In this document: positions 62,765 through 64,000 of the stretch, piece by piece
Position numbering within the stretch: the first letter of the stretch is position 1
Layout: every line of letters starts with the position of its first letter
Assembly: GCA_002344785.1 (NCBI GenBank)
Contig: DDUL01000047.1
Location: forward strand, 2,247-66,246
Direction of reading: 5' to 3'
Origin: Bdellovibrionaceae bacterium UBA2339
GTDB lineage: Bacteria > Bdellovibrionota > Bdellovibrionia > Bdellovibrionales > JAMPXM01
DNA length: 64,000 bases
Translations under genes and position numbers: made by a program
The notes under the pieces: generated by a model
Database searches by the model: none
The model's input: only the letters and a program-made list of their open reading frames with translations
What the model was told of the DNA's origin: nothing

Positions 62765-64000
62765 TGAACGCTCCGACACACAAAGGGGCGTCGACGACTT
62801 GGGAGCGGCAGCGATTTCTCGCTCAGATGGCGCTTCGTTTTCTACTTCAAGGCGGCGGCAGCGAAGCTTGGCAGAGTTGGCCGATTTGGCGGCGTCTGCT
62901 TCTTCGCGCTCAATGGCGCGCTTGGGGATTGCCGACGGTGCTGTCCTTCTTTGGACTCGTCGTGGGTGTTGCAAGTCTCAGCGTCGCGATGGCTGTGGTG
63001 AGCGGCTATGAGGCGACTTTGCGTGCCGCGGTCGTGGATCTCTTTGGTCACCTCGTGATCGCCAAGCGCGACGACGCGCCGATCTCGCGCGAGCGATTCG
63101 AACATAAGTTGCGTGCGAATTTTCCCGAGGCCTGGCGCCAAGAAGTTCGGCTCACGCCATTTTTGACTCTTGAGGGAATCATCGTCGGCGATGGCCAATT
63201 GTCAGGCGTCATTCTCCAAGGCGTGGAGCCCCAGAGCGTGCGCGAAGTTTTGCGCATCGAGGCTCGTAAAGTGAAGGGCCGCTTTCTCAAGTCCGAAGAC
63301 GGCGAGACGGCCGAGAGTGATGCGGTGCCGGTGATGGTCGGGCAAGCCTTGGCCAAGCGCTACAATTTGGAATTGGACAAAGAGTTTCGTGTGGTTTTGC
63401 CAAGACCACTTGAGAGTGACACCTCGGGCTTTGCCTCCAAAGTGTTGCGACTCAAAGTCGTCGGCTGGTTAGATTTGGGCAAGGCCGAGTTCGACGAGCG
63501 CAATATTATGCTGCCCATTGACCACGCTTTGCGCTGGTCGGGCGTGCAATTGCCAATTCGCGAACAGATGCAACTGGGTGGTTGGCGCGTGCATCTGGGC
63601 CGTGATGCGCGTGCCGAAGAGGCCCAGGCCCGCGCGGGCGATCTGGCCGCGACGTTGGGACGAAACTGGAGCGTCATGGATTGGGCCGAGGGCAATCGCA
63701 ACATCTTCAAAGCCATTCAATATGAGCGCGTGGCGATCTTCTTCGTGATTCTGGTGATGGTGATTGCCGCGGCCTTCAATGTGGCCAGCAATATTTTTGT
63801 CGGCGTGCTTCGGCGCACGAGTGACATTGCCACACTTCGAGCACTGGGTTTAAGTCAGCTCGACATCGAGCGCATGTTTCGCTGGCAAGGGCTGCTGTTT
63901 GGCGCCATGGGCGCGGCACTGGGGCTATTCGTCGGTGCGCTGATGGGCTTGGCGTTTTTGGAAATCCAAAAACGCTTCGCGCTGCTGCCGGCCGATGTTT
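62764..64000 (+). CDS. Lipoprotein-releasing system permease LolC/LolE-type (FtsX/MacB family), 5' part; continues beyond the window end
   Basis: Absent from the track because it has no stop. I translated it manually, and it stays open from ATG 62764 (overlapping the prfB TAA) to 64000. It has an N-terminal TM (VLSFFGLVVGVASLSVAMAVVSGYE), a periplasmic domain with GVILQGVEP, and an FtsX region (ERVAIFFVILVMVIAAAFNVASNIFVGVLRRTSDIATLRALGL). An alternative start is ATG 62827. Confidence 0.8.
   Translation, partial: MNAPTHKGASTTWERQRFLAQMALRFLLQGGGSEAWQSWPIWRRLLLRAQWRAWGLPTVLSFFGLVVGVASLSVAMAVVSGYEATLRAAVVDLFGHLVIAKRDDAPISRERFEHKLRANFPEAWRQEVRLTPFLTLEGIIVGDGQLSGVILQGVEPQSVREVLRIEARKVKGRFLKSEDGETAESDAVPVMVGQALAKRYNLELDKEFRVVLPRPLESDTSGFASKVLRLKVVGWLDLGKAEFDERNIMLPIDHALRWSGVQLPIREQMQLGGWRVHLGRDARAEEAQARAGDLAATLGRNWSVMDWAEGNRNIFKAIQYERVAIFFVILVMVIAAAFNVASNIFVGVLRRTSDIATLRALGLSQLDIERMFRWQGLLFGAMGAALGLFVGALMGLAFLEIQKRFALLPADV

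Noticed and set aside
1-64000. CRISPR arrays, transposases/IS elements, prophage genes, rRNA
   Set aside because: I looked for regularly spaced direct repeats and for DDE, integrase or phage-like ORFs and found none. The only tandem repeats are short (6-15 bp units, no more than 5 copies), and all but one array (51078-51113) are in-frame coding linkers or span the murJ start.

Overview
The window looks like a chromosomal segment of a moderately GC-rich Gram-negative bacterium. LptE, a LolC/E permease, MurJ, several outer-membrane beta-barrel candidates and many lipobox proteins support this. The gene content (PgpH-YbeY pair, many PilZ and histidine-kinase genes, abundant 'QNC' lipoproteins) suggests a Bdellovibrionota- or Myxococcota-like lineage, but that is inference only. 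I found about 58 protein-coding genes, two tRNAs (Lys-UUU, Glu-UUC), and no rRNA, CRISPR array, transposase, integrase or phage genes.

The window splits into three parts:
- **1-18.5 kb:** an accessory-looking block in which 15 of 16 CDS carry a signal peptide, lipobox or membrane anchor, and most have no recognisable function.
- **18.5-46.5 kb:** a mixed metabolic and regulatory region. It holds a creD-creB-creC module, a TetR family regulator, redox enzymes, a PLD-family enzyme, sugE and several histidine kinases.
- **47-64 kb:** housekeeping genes, namely tRNAs, purA, a serine-pathway-like pair, lptE-holA, rpsT, murJ, mazG, pgpH-like/ybeY, prfB and lolC/E.

The leads I rate highest:
1. Three paralogous secreted 10-cysteine proteins whose predicted mature N-terminus is Cys-x-Cys. 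This is the hallmark of TIMP/NTR-type protease inhibitors. They surround a 1048-aa beta-helix lipoprotein.
2. Two tandem lipoprotein paralogs sharing a conserved histidine cluster.
3. A divergent pair of SGNH-like paralogs, one with intact catalytic motifs and one with all of them lost, next to a DUF5989 gene.
4. A roughly 580-nt non-coding leader that ends in an intrinsic terminator 2 nt from the ribosome-binding site of an outer-membrane protein gene.
5. A ladder of two 4-codon uORFs joined to the murJ start by ATGA overlaps, built from an 11-bp tandem repeat.
6. Three helically phased ATAATTAT palindromes in front of a small RHH-like gene.

All function calls come from motif recognition by eye. 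No database search or computation was run. The ORF track omits edge-truncated and non-ATG ORFs, so I translated the partial genes at both window ends manually.
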